A DNA stretch of 64,000 nucleotides. Source: a virus. The notes under the pieces are model-generated. The model saw nothing but the letters and a program-made list of their open reading frames with translations. It searched no databases and was not told the DNA's origin. Position numbers and translations under genes: made by a program. Position 1 is the stretch's first letter, and each line of letters begins with the position of its first letter. Location of the stretch: positions 55,944 through 119,943 of IMG/VR virus record IMGVR_UViG_3300045988_054096; one strand, 5' to 3'. Below are positions 1 to 10,467 of this stretch, one piece after another.

Positions 1-310
1 CAGGAGTATTGATTACAGTTAATCCTTTCTTAATAGCCATACCACTTCTAGGACGGACCTGTACCTCATACCCTTCTGGAATCGCTCCGAATATGCCAGT
101 AGGGATAACAGTACGTGCCATAGGTTCTAACCTTAGCATGGTTAGTGGATGTCCTTCACCTGCGAATATAATTCCACCATCTCCATAAATCTTTAAGGGA
201 TTATCTGGAGATACTCTACTAAAATCAGCTCTCAAATCGCAGCCTGCATCAGTTGGGCAGGTATATTCCGGATTCTTGTTATTAGAATTGTTGTAAATAG
301 GTACTTTCAT
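1..310 (-). CDS. dut: dUTP diphosphatase (dUTPase), N-terminal part; gene continues past window start
   Basis: minus-strand translation from ATG 308-310: MKVPIYNN...[35 protein letters not shown], with dUTPase motifs RPRSG and the G-rich uracil-binding beta hairpin; ATG overlaps stop of upstream gene. Confidence 0.65.
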   Translation of the reverse strand, partial: MKVPIYNNSNNKNPEYTCPTDAGCDLRADFSRVSPDNPLKIYGDGGIIFAGEGHPLTMLRLEPMARTVIPTGIFGAIPEGYEVQVRPRSGMAIKKGLTVINTP

Positions 311-1017
311 TGTTCAAAAGTTTTAGGTTGAAATTTATTATTATCTATCACTAAATACTGTTTAACACCCAAAGCATCACAAAACCATATCTCACTCTGT
401 CCAATCGTATTATGAGTATGATATATCCCTTTTTGGACTGGAGTGTGTCCAACTACTTGGTTCCATTCTTCAATATTACATTTACATAATGTTTGTGGCC
501 TAATCCATACTGGAGGTTGTGTTTCTGAGTCACCATAGCAATCCCCGTAATAATTTGGAGTAAATCCAAATAGTTCTGATGGTTCTAGGGAGTTTATATC
601 ATGAACAGAATCTATCCCGGAGTTTTTCATCCAAACGTCTGATACTCCAGCATGAGAGAAGATAGTTTTCAGTTCCTCATCAATGTAAACCCACTGAGTT
701 AGTTTCAGGAACCTTTCTTTAAACTCGGGTTGAGCCATAACATTCCAAACCTGACCATTCCATCCAGAACATTCTGCCCAATAATAGCCAAGATGCTGAG
801 TATCGTGATTACCTCTCAGGAGGATAACTTTATCTGGATTACTCCCCTTATATGTCAATATTTCTTCCAAGTTACTCAGCTGTTGTTCAGCACTAATGCC
901 TTCATGTGTTGAAACATAGTCTCCTAGAAAGATAATCTTATCTGGATTCTCCTTCTCAATTATTTCTTTCCAGAACGGTCTGCCATGTGTATCTCCTAAT
1001 ACAAGAATCTTACTCAT
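307..1017 (-). CDS. calcineurin-like metallophosphoesterase (Ser/Thr phosphatase family)
   Basis: ORF track 236 aa; GDTHG...GDYV...GNHD phosphoesterase motifs. Confidence 0.65.
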   Translation of the reverse strand: MSKILVLGDTHGRPFWKEIIEKENPDKIIFLGDYVSTHEGISAEQQLSNLEEILTYKGSNPDKVILLRGNHDTQHLGYYWAECSGWNGQVWNVMAQPEFKERFLKLTQWVYIDEELKTIFSHAGVSDVWMKNSGIDSVHDINSLEPSELFGFTPNYYGDCYGDSETQPPVWIRPQTLCKCNIEEWNQVVGHTPVQKGIYHTHNTIGQSEIWFCDALGVKQYLVIDNNKFQPKTFEQ

Positions 1018-1303
1018 ATTGTTTATTATTTAGATAATTAAGTAATTCCTCAGAAACGTTTCCACTTTCTGAATAGAATGCCTTAATTGGTTTTCCACTC
1101 TTAAGTACAATTGCAAAAGGATCTAAGGATGCTCCCCAATAGTTCTTTAGAGCCCATCCATCTTTCCTTCCTTTCTTAGTACTAATATCAATAAAGTTAA
1201 AGGTTAGAGAATCATTACTAAACTCTCTAACCTTCTCAATTTGTTTCTCGTCACTATAGACAACTGATACTTCTATCATAGTAATAATAGATATACTCCG
1301 CAA
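1010..1303 (-). CDS. hypothetical protein
   Basis: 97 aa ORF, overlapping start/stop with neighbours (operon packing). Confidence 0.3.
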   Translation of the reverse strand: MRSISIITMIEVSVVYSDEKQIEKVREFSNDSLTFNFIDISTKKGRKDGWALKNYWGASLDPFAIVLKSGKPIKAFYSESGNVSEELLNYLNNKQYE

Positions 1304-1650
1304 AATATTCCTACCAATCCATCCAGAATTAAGAAGTTGATAGCTCCTCTTTTAAATTCTTCTGGATTAATAGGAAGCATAATTGAAATGTTTGGTATCT
1401 CTGACTTATTTAGCGTATGAGCCATTACTAATTTAATGATACTCAATACTACTAAAACTACTGCCAATAAACTCATGCATCCGTCCTCATTTTTAAACTT
1501 TCTCGTATATTACAGTTATAGAGCCTTCTCCCCCTCTGGTAATGAAGGCTGGCTTATAACCCTCTACTATCATAGCATTGAGAGCCTTTTCAAGCTCTCC
1601 TGCTGTTCTATAAGTACTTACTTTGTATTGTTCCATATTATTTAATTTAT

Positions 1651-3897
1651 TTATTCACAACGAGACCAAGAACACTTACTACAATGTTCACAACCTCCTT
1701 CTCTTATAATATCTGAGCCACACTCAGGACACTTACCCTCTACTTCTGCAGGTAAATATTTACTCAAAACTCTACACATCGCTGAGGAGAATGATGTAAT
1801 GTTCTGATTTACTTTTTTAGCAGTCTTGATAATGTACTTGATACTTATTCCATGTCTTAATAGCATAGAACTGTACAAAGTTGCAGCTTTCTCTTCAACA
1901 TTTATATCGGTATCTAGTAGATTATCAATATGTAAGAACTCAGAATTAAGGCTATACTTACCTTTTTCAATCTTAGTGATGGTACCTTTATGTTGAGGCA
2001 ATTTCACCCAATTAGTAAGTCTGAATACAAACACTTCATATGGCTGATTGTCAAGTAATCCTACACAAACTACAAAGTGTTCTCCTTGAGATTTAACTGT
2101 ATAACAATCGCACTCTAAGTCCTTTGGTCTTTTCGGAGCCAAAGTATTCGGAATGTCTATTGGCTTCTCAGTTGTTAGGATGCCTTCTCGATAACATCCA
2201 GATCTGTAGACAGTTACTCCCTTCAGCCCGTTCTTCCAGCCCTCTATATAAATGTTATACACATCATCAATAGTAGCTTCTTTGGGAAGATTGATAGTAG
2301 AACTAATACTCGCATCAGTGTACTTCTGCAATACACCTTGCATCTTAATCCTATCAATAGGAGCTATATCCTTAGACTCTACAAAGTAGTCAGGTAGTGT
2401 AGCTAATCCTTTTGCAGGTACTGCAAAGAAATCCTCTACTATTTTAGCATCCACTTCATAATAGGTATCCTCACCATTAAGAGATTGAGTTCTTCTTGTA
2501 TAATGCAAGGCAAAGTTAGGTTCTACACCAGTACTTACCTGCAACATAGTAGCTATACTACCTGTAGGAGCACAGGTTAATAACTGACTATTATGAAGTC
2601 CATACTTACTTATATCCTCTATCACAGACTGTGGTAAACCTATACTGTTAATAAAGGAAGATTCTGCAAGTAATTTCGGATTACATTCAGGATACATTCC
2701 CTTATCTATCGCCAGAGATAAAGACTCTCCAACAGCTGCCTGTGCTATCGTCTTGTAGACTTCCTGAGTCATTCCTAGAGCAGAAACTGAACCATAGATA
2801 AGTCCTAATTTGATAAGCATATCAGCCAATCCCATAGTTCCTAGACCGATTTGTCTCCAGTTTCTAACAGAGTTCCTCTGTTCTTCTAGAGGATGTAGAG
2901 CAGCTCCTTCGTCCAGCACATCATTCAGGGCCCTCACGGCTTTCTTTACAGCATCAACAAGAGAAGGATAATCAATTGTAGCTTCATTAGTAAAGGGATT
3001 CAATACAAATTCACTAAGATTGATGCTACCTAACAAACAGGAACCTCCTGCTGGTAATGGCTCCTCAGCACACGGATTAACCCCAGCATAGCTAAATCGC
3101 TCATCATTGTTAAGCATATTATATCCAGTGATTCTATCCCAGTAAAGCATACCTGGTTCTGCCCATTCCCAATTCCTTTTGGCTAAGAGCTTTAATAAAT
3201 CTCTTGCCTTAAAAGCCTTGGTAATAGTGCCAGTTTCTTCACTTGTAAATTCAGTTATCCAGTCTTCGTCATGTATAGCAGCCTCCATAAAATCATCAGA
3301 AACTCTGATACTAATATTGGCCTTTTCACACACTCCTTGCTTGGTCTTGAGGTTAATAAACTCCTCAATATCTGGATGTTTACAGCTAATACTAATCATC
3401 AAAGCCCCTCTTCTTCCAGCTTGACCAATGAGTCCTGTTACTTGACTATATAAGTCCATGAAGCTCACAGCACCAGAAGTACTCTTAGCCGCATTATGTA
3501 CAATAGCTCCTTTAGGTCTTAGGTTACTGATGTCAATTCCGCATCCGCCTCCATAGCTATATGTTCTAGCTAGTTTAGCAGCAGTGTTAAATATGGACTC
3601 TATATTGTCCTCTGGAGGAGTAATTACATAACAATTACTGTAAGTAACTCTTCTTCCAGTGACTCCTCTACTAGCCAGAATCCTACCTCCAAAGATAAAT
3701 TTCTTATCTTTTATAAGCTCACGAACATCTTTGTTACCTCCACTTACTCTATCTAACCATTCTTCAAATGTTTCTCCATTCACTTGGTACTTTTTATGCC
3801 AAATGTCAAGAGATAGTTGATTTTCACTAAGCCATTCTTTCTCTGTCATAATTTGTAAATTAGAGTACAAATATAAGCAAAAATATTGAGAAATCAA
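1651..3897 (-). CDS. nrdJ: ribonucleotide reductase, class II (adenosylcobalamin-dependent, NrdJ-like)
   Basis: 748 aa; active-site finger loop GVNPCAEEPLPAGGSCLLGSINL matches RNR NPCGE...C.LGSINL; C-terminal CPECG...CEHCSKC zinc ribbon typical of class II; no in-frame TAG; TAA stop. Confidence 0.75.
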   Translation of the reverse strand: MISQYFCLYLYSNLQIMTEKEWLSENQLSLDIWHKKYQVNGETFEEWLDRVSGGNKDVRELIKDKKFIFGGRILASRGVTGRRVTYSNCYVITPPEDNIESIFNTAAKLARTYSYGGGCGIDISNLRPKGAIVHNAAKSTSGAVSFMDLYSQVTGLIGQAGRRGALMISISCKHPDIEEFINLKTKQGVCEKANISIRVSDDFMEAAIHDEDWITEFTSEETGTITKAFKARDLLKLLAKRNWEWAEPGMLYWDRITGYNMLNNDERFSYAGVNPCAEEPLPAGGSCLLGSINLSEFVLNPFTNEATIDYPSLVDAVKKAVRALNDVLDEGAALHPLEEQRNSVRNWRQIGLGTMGLADMLIKLGLIYGSVSALGMTQEVYKTIAQAAVGESLSLAIDKGMYPECNPKLLAESSFINSIGLPQSVIEDISKYGLHNSQLLTCAPTGSIATMLQVSTGVEPNFALHYTRRTQSLNGEDTYYEVDAKIVEDFFAVPAKGLATLPDYFVESKDIAPIDRIKMQGVLQKYTDASISSTINLPKEATIDDVYNIYIEGWKNGLKGVTVYRSGCYREGILTTEKPIDIPNTLAPKRPKDLECDCYTVKSQGEHFVVCVGLLDNQPYEVFVFRLTNWVKLPQHKGTITKIEKGKYSLNSEFLHIDNLLDTDINVEEKAATLYSSMLLRHGISIKYIIKTAKKVNQNITSFSSAMCRVLSKYLPAEVEGKCPECGSDIIREGGCEHCSKCSWSRCE

Positions 3898-3901
3898 AAT
3901 A

Positions 3902-4684
3902 TTAAGATAACCTCAATATCTGCTTTAATAGCAAGGTTTTCTCTGTTTTGTTTAGTATATCCCTAGTATCTGCGTTAGATATTAACTCGGTAAAGGCATT
4001 GTAAACATTAAACATATTCGTGGTCTCTCCAGGACGCACATAATATGGAGAGTCTTCCTTCTCATACAAGAGTTTATATGCATCAATGGCAACACTAGTT
4101 GCTAACTTTACTTTACCATATCCAGAGCTATAAGAATCTACAAGGGTATGTCTAACCCACGATCCAAGGCTTTCATTTATGAGCTTAGTGTCATATGGAA
4201 CCTCAATTCCTGATAGCTTGTCAAGCCATGCCTTAATATCAGATGTTTGTTCCATTAGAGGTTGAACACATTTAAAGCTAAAGGGTTTTTCAGGCTCGAC
4301 TTCCTGCACGTTCAAGAATGTAGGATTGAAGACACACAGATTAAGACAAGCCATATTAAGTGCTCCTCTATAGATCTTGGCGACAGGTTTTCTAGCATCA
4401 AGACCATACACTAATCCTATTACTTCCTGGTGATTATCAAAGCTATATTCCTCTGGCATTACGGCCTGTACCCAGACACGGTTAAATACAGTATCTTCTA
4501 GGTTCAAATCCTCCTTCTTTGTAATACTTATTTGGTCAGGCAACTTAGCTTGGATCCTAAAGTCGTTTGTAAACTTAGACATTCTTTCTAAGAAAGGAGT
4601 AACATATGCTTCAGTGCTAAGATACTCCTTTCCTTTTATAATAGTTGCCTTACCTTTTAAAAGTTCATCAATCGTCAATTCCAT
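3902..4684 (-). CDS. hypothetical protein
   Basis: 260 aa ORF. Confidence 0.3.
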   Translation of the reverse strand: MELTIDELLKGKATIIKGKEYLSTEAYVTPFLERMSKFTNDFRIQAKLPDQISITKKEDLNLEDTVFNRVWVQAVMPEEYSFDNHQEVIGLVYGLDARKPVAKIYRGALNMACLNLCVFNPTFLNVQEVEPEKPFSFKCVQPLMEQTSDIKAWLDKLSGIEVPYDTKLINESLGSWVRHTLVDSYSSGYGKVKLATSVAIDAYKLLYEKEDSPYYVRPGETTNMFNVYNAFTELISNADTRDILNKTEKTLLLKQILRLS

Positions 4685-5135
4685 TATTAGATATATCAGA
4701 CAATTCTGTGTAAAAGTCTATCTCTCTTACTACAACTCCTCCCCAATCTAGATAGTCATCATACAACTTCATAGCCTGCTTAATATCTTCCTCAGAATAT
4801 TCTGGAAATAATCCTTTTATTCCAGAAACAGTATCCTCATACTCGTACCCTGACTCCTCAGCTTCATATAGACGATCAGATATACTTTCCCAATCCTCTT
4901 CACTGATCACACAGTTAGAAGGATCGTGCTCTTCCTCTATTTGAGCTTTTAATTTGTCAGCTAGTTCGGAGGTAGAGCACACCCCAATGGTATGCTCCCA
5001 TGCGTCTTCATAAAATCCTCCAAACTCTACTACTACGTATACCTTAGAACGCATCGTCATCAAATACACCAAGGTCGTTAATAGGATCAACTCGCTCAGG
5101 TACAGCTTCTGGCTCAGGAACCGGAGCAGGATCAT
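4668..5135 (-). CDS. hypothetical protein (acidic)
   Basis: 155 aa ORF. Confidence 0.3.
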   Translation of the reverse strand: MILLRFLSQKLYLSELILLTTLVYLMTMRSKVYVVVEFGGFYEDAWEHTIGVCSTSELADKLKAQIEEEHDPSNCVISEEDWESISDRLYEAEESGYEYEDTVSGIKGLFPEYSEEDIKQAMKLYDDYLDWGGVVVREIDFYTELSDISNNGIDD

Positions 5136-5304
5136 TTACTTCACCTTTTAGATATGCATCCAGCTCTTTACGAGTAATTCCTTCTAATGCCATACATTGA
5201 GCCTTAGATAGATACTCTGTTCCCTTATAAGTTACAGGAACAGCATTTTTGTTTGGTTTGTAGTTCTCAAAGCTGTAGAACTTTTTTAAGTCTTTCTTGT
5301 TCAT
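5044..5304 (-). CDS. hypothetical protein
   Basis: 86 aa ORF. Confidence 0.25.
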   Translation of the reverse strand: MNKKDLKKFYSFENYKPNKNAVPVTYKGTEYLSKAQCMALEGITRKELDAYLKGEVNDPAPVPEPEAVPERVDPINDLGVFDDDAF

Positions 5305-5316
5305 AATACGTACAAA

Positions 5317-6867
5317 TTAGAGATTTTCAAATGTTCCTCTTAATAAACTTCCTCCAACCATAAGGTCATAAGACAATCCATAAGAGTTTCTACTAAAGTT
5401 ATAGTTTGCATAATCTGAAGCTCCAAATAGACTCAATACATTTCTATAATCTAATCTCTTACATGAGTTTAGAGAATTAGAGTGAAGGTCACCTTTAATG
5501 AAATGTACTTTATCTGAATGAATACCTTGATCATGCAGCCATTCATACAACATCACCTTAGATTTATCATCTAAGTTCAGAGGCAATCCTTTCTTCATAT
5601 ACTGATCATCTTTACCATGACAGCATATAAAGGTCTCTCCATCTTGCTCAAATATTCCAAAGAACTCTTCCCAGAACGTAGTAGTAACATTCGGGAATTG
5701 AGCATTTATGAGAGCAAGTAATGCCTTATTACACATATACTCGAAGTTACCTCCATGATTACCACATGGAACAGAGAAAACATTCAGCTTAGAGCAGAAC
5801 TTATTCTCCTTAGCAGCTAGAGTTCCTATAAACCACATCATCAATTCTATGAATTTATTGGCTTGTTCTCTAGCATCCATGTTTTCTGGCATATCATGGT
5901 CGAGCCTAGCAGTCTTTCCAAAGAATCCAGAACAGTCAATATTATCCCCCATAAGGACCACATTAATTGTTCCATAGTCGCTAAGACGTTTAAGTCTCAC
6001 TAAAACTTCAGACAAACGTCTCTTAGCTTCATCAAATCCATAGCCTTTGTTCTCCTTATACATTGCTCCAGAGGTTACAGCTGCCCCAAGATGGAGATCA
6101 GATATATAAAGATTAATGCTTGGATTGGAATTCGGAACCTCCTCTATTATAGTAGGATTTATATTCTCAGGCAAATTAATAACGAACTCAGATGCCATTC
6201 TTAGTTGCCTCTTCAAATCAAGATTTTCCTGAGCATACTTCTTTAACAGCTTCTCATTATTCTTGATTTGATCCTCCTCTGCCTTTCTTAAGAAACTATT
6301 CTCTTTCTCACGAAGTTGAATATCTCTCAATTCATCTTCTGAACATTCCTCAAACATATGAGGAGCAAATGGAGCAGATGCTTTGGTAATATTAAAGGCT
6401 CTAAGAATCCTCTTAAAGTCTACAAGAGACAGATCGACAAAATGTCGAGACACTACTCGTTGAGTAAGGGCATCTCCATAGTATGAATACAACCTGTGGA
6501 TTGTGTTCATTTCCTCTCTAGTCAGTCTGCCACACAACGGAGCTTTATCCCTTCTAAAGATTTGGTACTTATAGTACTTTATCCTTCCATGCTCATCTCG
6601 TATATAAGATGTTTCAGCACGATCATCTGTCTCAACTTCCTCTTCAACAGGAGCTTCCCTATGCCTAGCTACTACCTCATTATAGAGGCTTATCAAGTCT
6701 CGTACATCTTCAGATTCTTCATCATTCTGCCTTTTCAATGCAGAAATAGTGTTTACTATACTGTTATAGCTAAGACCATTATCCAAACAAAATTGGGACA
6801 ATCTTTTTCCACTATCTCTGACTGCCAGCAAGATGTCTGTGTACTTCTTTACTGTAGATTGTTTCAT
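5317..6867 (-). CDS. metallophosphoesterase-domain protein (SbcD/MPP-like) with N-terminal helical region
   Basis: 516 aa; DLHLG...GDNID...GNHG motifs in C-terminal half. Confidence 0.45.
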   Translation of the reverse strand: MKQSTVKKYTDILLAVRDSGKRLSQFCLDNGLSYNSIVNTISALKRQNDEESEDVRDLISLYNEVVARHREAPVEEEVETDDRAETSYIRDEHGRIKYYKYQIFRRDKAPLCGRLTREEMNTIHRLYSYYGDALTQRVVSRHFVDLSLVDFKRILRAFNITKASAPFAPHMFEECSEDELRDIQLREKENSFLRKAEEDQIKNNEKLLKKYAQENLDLKRQLRMASEFVINLPENINPTIIEEVPNSNPSINLYISDLHLGAAVTSGAMYKENKGYGFDEAKRRLSEVLVRLKRLSDYGTINVVLMGDNIDCSGFFGKTARLDHDMPENMDAREQANKFIELMMWFIGTLAAKENKFCSKLNVFSVPCGNHGGNFEYMCNKALLALINAQFPNVTTTFWEEFFGIFEQDGETFICCHGKDDQYMKKGLPLNLDDKSKVMLYEWLHDQGIHSDKVHFIKGDLHSNSLNSCKRLDYRNVLSLFGASDYANYNFSRNSYGLSYDLMVGGSLLRGTFENL

Positions 6868-6913
6868 TTATTTTTAATTGATTTATTCAACTTTATTTAG
6901 GTAGTTACACCGG

Positions 6914-6951
6914 TATAAAAAAAAATAAGCGGCTGTCCGAAGACAACCGCT
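6914..6951 (-). terminator. rho-independent terminator (hairpin AAGCGGTTGTCTTCGGACAGCCGCTT followed by T9 on minus strand)
   Basis: GC hairpin 6926-6951 with A-run 6916-6925 on plus strand = U-tract after the hairpin on minus strand, immediately downstream of gene 6981..7532. Confidence 0.55.
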
Positions 6952-6980
6952 TTCTAGATTTATAAGTTTAGAGTATGGAA

Positions 6981-7532
6981 TTAACCTCTCTCGATACCGA
7001 ATACGAGATAAGTTCCAACACGAGAACTCTTAGATGGAGTATATGCAGCATGGAATGCAACAGGCTGACCCTCAACAACTTGCTTAGTATAAGTACAAGT
7101 CAAACTTCCCTTATATCCCTTCTTAGCATAGAGTTCCTTAGCAAGCTCCTTAGCTTTAGCCTTAGTTTCATCAGTTTCAGCAAGCACTGCACCAGTTGCA
7201 TCGTCAATAAGCTGATAAATAGTCTTATACTTACGTGTCCCCTTCTCGTTCTTAACATCGTCAATACGATAAGGACGTTCACGAGTATCAGCTACAGCAG
7301 CCTCTTCAGTGATTACAAATCCTACACCAGCAACATTCTTAGACTTCTTAGCAAGATAGTCTAGCATAAACTGCTTCTTATCAGCATCAGTAATTCCGTT
7401 TACTTGTTTCTTACGGAACATCTTATATGCTTGTGTTGCATCACCCATAATGTCAAACGGAGCTTTTGCCAATGCCTCTTCTTTAGTTACTCCAGTTACT
7501 TCCATTCTCTTAAAGTTCATAATTTGTGTCAT
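6981..7532 (-). CDS. hypothetical protein
   Basis: 183 aa ORF. Confidence 0.3.
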   Translation of the reverse strand: MTQIMNFKRMEVTGVTKEEALAKAPFDIMGDATQAYKMFRKKQVNGITDADKKQFMLDYLAKKSKNVAGVGFVITEEAAVADTRERPYRIDDVKNEKGTRKYKTIYQLIDDATGAVLAETDETKAKAKELAKELYAKKGYKGSLTCTYTKQVVEGQPVAFHAAYTPSKSSRVGTYLVFGIERG

Positions 7533-7814
7533 AATTCAATAGATTTTAAAAGGTTTATATTTCAAAAAACATTAATTCGTATCAACATCTTTCATCTAAC
7601 ATCACAAAATTACTATTTCTTATTGAATTACCAAAATAATAACCTGTAAAATTATCTTAAACCTCTAAATCTTTATCTCTTGCTTTCTCAAACCTTGGTA
7701 CTGCAAATATAGTTATAATTTGAAGTGTCCCAAACGTGAGGAAGTTACAAATCCGTTAAATAGTGTTAATGGATTTTATCTACACAAATTCTCTAACCTT
7801 ATCTATTGCTGCCG

Positions 7815-8153
7815 TTAGAACGGCAACCAGCAAGATAAAATCTCTTTCACCTTAGCTGGAATTTTTTTGTCCTCAATCCCAAATGTTGGGAATTGCTTGC
7901 ATCCATATGCAAAATCAGAACATACTACTGCCAGGCCTTTTATTTGGTCTTCTGGAATACCATCAGCCAACTTTCGTATTACTTGATAGTGAGTAACATC
8001 TGGTTTCTTTTCCTTCAGCTTTTCCGTAAGATAGCACACTAAGGAAATCAAGGCAAACTTGGTATTTATGTCAGTATTAAGATACCCTGTGGTAAAGTAC
8101 TGACCATACATCCTTTGCATTTCTTCATACGGAGGAGTTTTAATTATGTCCAT
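7815..8153 (-). CDS. hypothetical protein
   Basis: 112 aa ORF; stop overlapped by an imperfect hairpin TTGCTGCCGTTAGAACGGCAACCAGCAA (7806-7833). Confidence 0.3.
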   Translation of the reverse strand: MDIIKTPPYEEMQRMYGQYFTTGYLNTDINTKFALISLVCYLTEKLKEKKPDVTHYQVIRKLADGIPEDQIKGLAVVCSDFAYGCKQFPTFGIEDKKIPAKVKEILSCWLPF

Positions 8154-8156
8154 AAG

Positions 8157-9233
8157 TCAATCAAAACGATAACCTTTACTGTAATAATGAGCAGCTAATC
8201 TTAAGAGGAACTTAAATTCATTCCATCCTTTATTAAAATCTGCTTTAGATAGCTTATAAACTTTGGTGTAATAATCCGGAATAGTCGATACTACAAGGCA
8301 ATTAGATTGCACACTACAGTTCTTCATTCCATAGAACTTATCAGCTACCAAAGTCATCAACCAGCTGTACAAGGAAAGTTCCCTGTGATAATGGAATTTC
8401 TCAAAGTTGTTACCAAACTCTGAGAGTATCTTTCCGATAGTTTTAACATCATTGACAACTACAACATTAGACTCGGTATCAATGGTATAATTATCTAACT
8501 TAGCTTTAATTCTAAAGATAAATGGTTCATATTCGGGAACTTTGACTTGGACATCAAGCAAAATTGCTTGCTCGTTTTCAGAAATTGGATCTACCACAAT
8601 ACCTTTTGGATGTAGCAATTTTTGGATAGATTTATTTCTTTTCAGGGCTTCAACGCATTGTAATACCCTTTCCCTACTCTTAGGATCAAGATATATGGGA
8701 ACCTTGTCATCCACATACTTGCTTCCCCATTCATAGGCTCTTCGTTGAGCATAATAGTCCTCACACTTAATACGGAGAGTTTCCATTTTATCAGCATCCA
8801 TCTTTCCCTTGTAGTAGTCAATCTTATTAGATGCTGCAATTATTTCGTCAGCGGTTACAACACCATTAGCTTCAAACAAGGGATATAATTCGTCAGCCAT
8901 GAAACCAGCTTTAGCTGTAGGTCTATTTACATTATCTACTAAGATAAAGCTTTCAGGTTGTAATACTAATTGATGAACTGCTGATCCAAAGATCAGTGCA
9001 TCACTATACTTATTATGTTTACTCAATCCTTCAAAGAAGGCTTCTGGATCATTGTCTTGATATGGATTTAGCAAGGAGAGTCTAGAATTACTGATATATC
9101 CACTAAACTTTTCACTAAAGTATTCGGCATCATCAATCTTCTGCAACCTTAGTGTATCCATTAGTGGGATAATTTCAATACTATCTAAGTACTTCTCGTC
9201 TATAATCATCCACGAGGTCTTTAAAGTAATCAA
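8157..9233 (-). CDS. putative nuclease (PD-(D/E)XK-like), function uncertain
   Basis: 358 aa; GSAVH and D...E.K-like segments; weak. Confidence 0.25.
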   Translation of the reverse strand: MITLKTSWMIIDEKYLDSIEIIPLMDTLRLQKIDDAEYFSEKFSGYISNSRLSLLNPYQDNDPEAFFEGLSKHNKYSDALIFGSAVHQLVLQPESFILVDNVNRPTAKAGFMADELYPLFEANGVVTADEIIAASNKIDYYKGKMDADKMETLRIKCEDYYAQRRAYEWGSKYVDDKVPIYLDPKSRERVLQCVEALKRNKSIQKLLHPKGIVVDPISENEQAILLDVQVKVPEYEPFIFRIKAKLDNYTIDTESNVVVVNDVKTIGKILSEFGNNFEKFHYHRELSLYSWLMTLVADKFYGMKNCSVQSNCLVVSTIPDYYTKVYKLSKADFNKGWNEFKFLLRLAAHYYSKGYRFD

Positions 9234-9726
9234 ACATGGTATCTTTAAACAGAAAATAACTCTCTTCTATTTCCTCCTTATCAAGACTGAAAATTCGGCC
9301 AACTGGTCCCCACTTACGATTATGTTTACCATCTATAAGCAGACATGGTACACCATTAAGATTTAGGTCAATGAAATTGGATATACTATCATCTACAAAT
9401 ACATCAACCCTTCCTTTAATGCGAGGAGCTTTACTAGAAAGCTGGCAAGGAATTTGATATATTGGAGCTGGAGGTAATCCGTTCTCTACTAGAAACTGTC
9501 TTGACCATGTTTTTGGATGCACCCTCTTAGTGCAATACAGGGTAGGAACGAAATTAGGCCTATGGATGATTGGAAGATTCATCCAAAAGTCCTTATCGTT
9601 TATAAGTATTCTACTAACATTCTTGGTAATTTCACTATCTCTCTTAGGAGTTCCAAACCTCTTAAGGTAGGGACCAATGAAGTCACATATTGTGTCATCA
9701 ATGTCCAATCCAATCTTTAATCTCAT
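9181..9726 (-). CDS. 5'(3')-deoxyribonucleotidase (HAD superfamily, NT5C-like)
   Basis: 181 aa; N-terminal IGLDIDDTICDF = HAD motif I DxDxT as in NT5C family. Confidence 0.55.
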   Translation of the reverse strand: MRLKIGLDIDDTICDFIGPYLKRFGTPKRDSEITKNVSRILINDKDFWMNLPIIHRPNFVPTLYCTKRVHPKTWSRQFLVENGLPPAPIYQIPCQLSSKAPRIKGRVDVFVDDSISNFIDLNLNGVPCLLIDGKHNRKWGPVGRIFSLDKEEIEESYFLFKDTMFDYFKDLVDDYRREVLR

Positions 9727-9932
9727 AATTCTTCAACGTCTGTTATTCTTCCTATTAAAATGTCGTTGTTGTTAAGGTCATCCTTAAAGGTATCCCAATC
9801 GTCACTATCAGAATAGTCTTCGTACATAAGCATCAACTTCTCCTTACAATCAGCAAGGGAGGTAGCCATAATTATGTGCTTATCTACTTTGGATTTCTGA
9901 ATGTCACAATACGGGACAATGTATTTGTTCAT
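9723..9932 (-). CDS. hypothetical protein
   Basis: 69 aa ORF. Confidence 0.25.
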   Translation of the reverse strand: MNKYIVPYCDIQKSKVDKHIIMATSLADCKEKLMLMYEDYSDSDDWDTFKDDLNNNDILIGRITDVEEL

Positions 9933-10414
9933 TTTCTCGTGCTATGGTAATTTTCTAATAACTTATAAAAAAACTCAACGTCTATAACAGCAACAGTTCC
10001 CTTGCTGTTTTCTCCAGCTTGTGCTGCTTTCTTCCAGATCAGAACAAAGTCTCTAGGGTCTGGACACTCAGATTTTATGTTGAAATAATTTGGAAAATTC
10101 GCGCAGTGTTTGGATTGTATAGCAACCTCTAGTTCACCGGAGGGGTCAGCAATATCTACCTTATTCGCATCTAACTTCTTAGACTCTCCGGCAGATCTAC
10201 ACACGTTCTCATATCCTATGTTTTTAAGTCTTTCAACAATTTCATACTCCAAGTCCTTACCTTTATTTTTAGATTTCTTGGCACGATAATACCTTGCAGT
10301 ATAATCATCAAGCCATTCAAACTTTATTCCATCCTTACCACTACCTCCAGGCTTATTGCATCTAATTTTAATAGCTGCTATAGATACTCCCGTTTCTTGA
10401 CTAGCTTCCTCCAT
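9929..10414 (-). CDS. hypothetical protein (possible nuclease/resolvase-like)
   Basis: 161 aa; basic, E..D..ExK-like segment DIADPSGELEVAIQSKH; weak. Confidence 0.25.
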   Translation of the reverse strand: MEEASQETGVSIAAIKIRCNKPGGSGKDGIKFEWLDDYTARYYRAKKSKNKGKDLEYEIVERLKNIGYENVCRSAGESKKLDANKVDIADPSGELEVAIQSKHCANFPNYFNIKSECPDPRDFVLIWKKAAQAGENSKGTVAVIDVEFFYKLLENYHSTRK

Positions 10415-10467
10415 AGAGTTAAAGTCCTTAGTAGTTCCGTCTTTAAAAGTAGCTCTACAAGCTGTGT

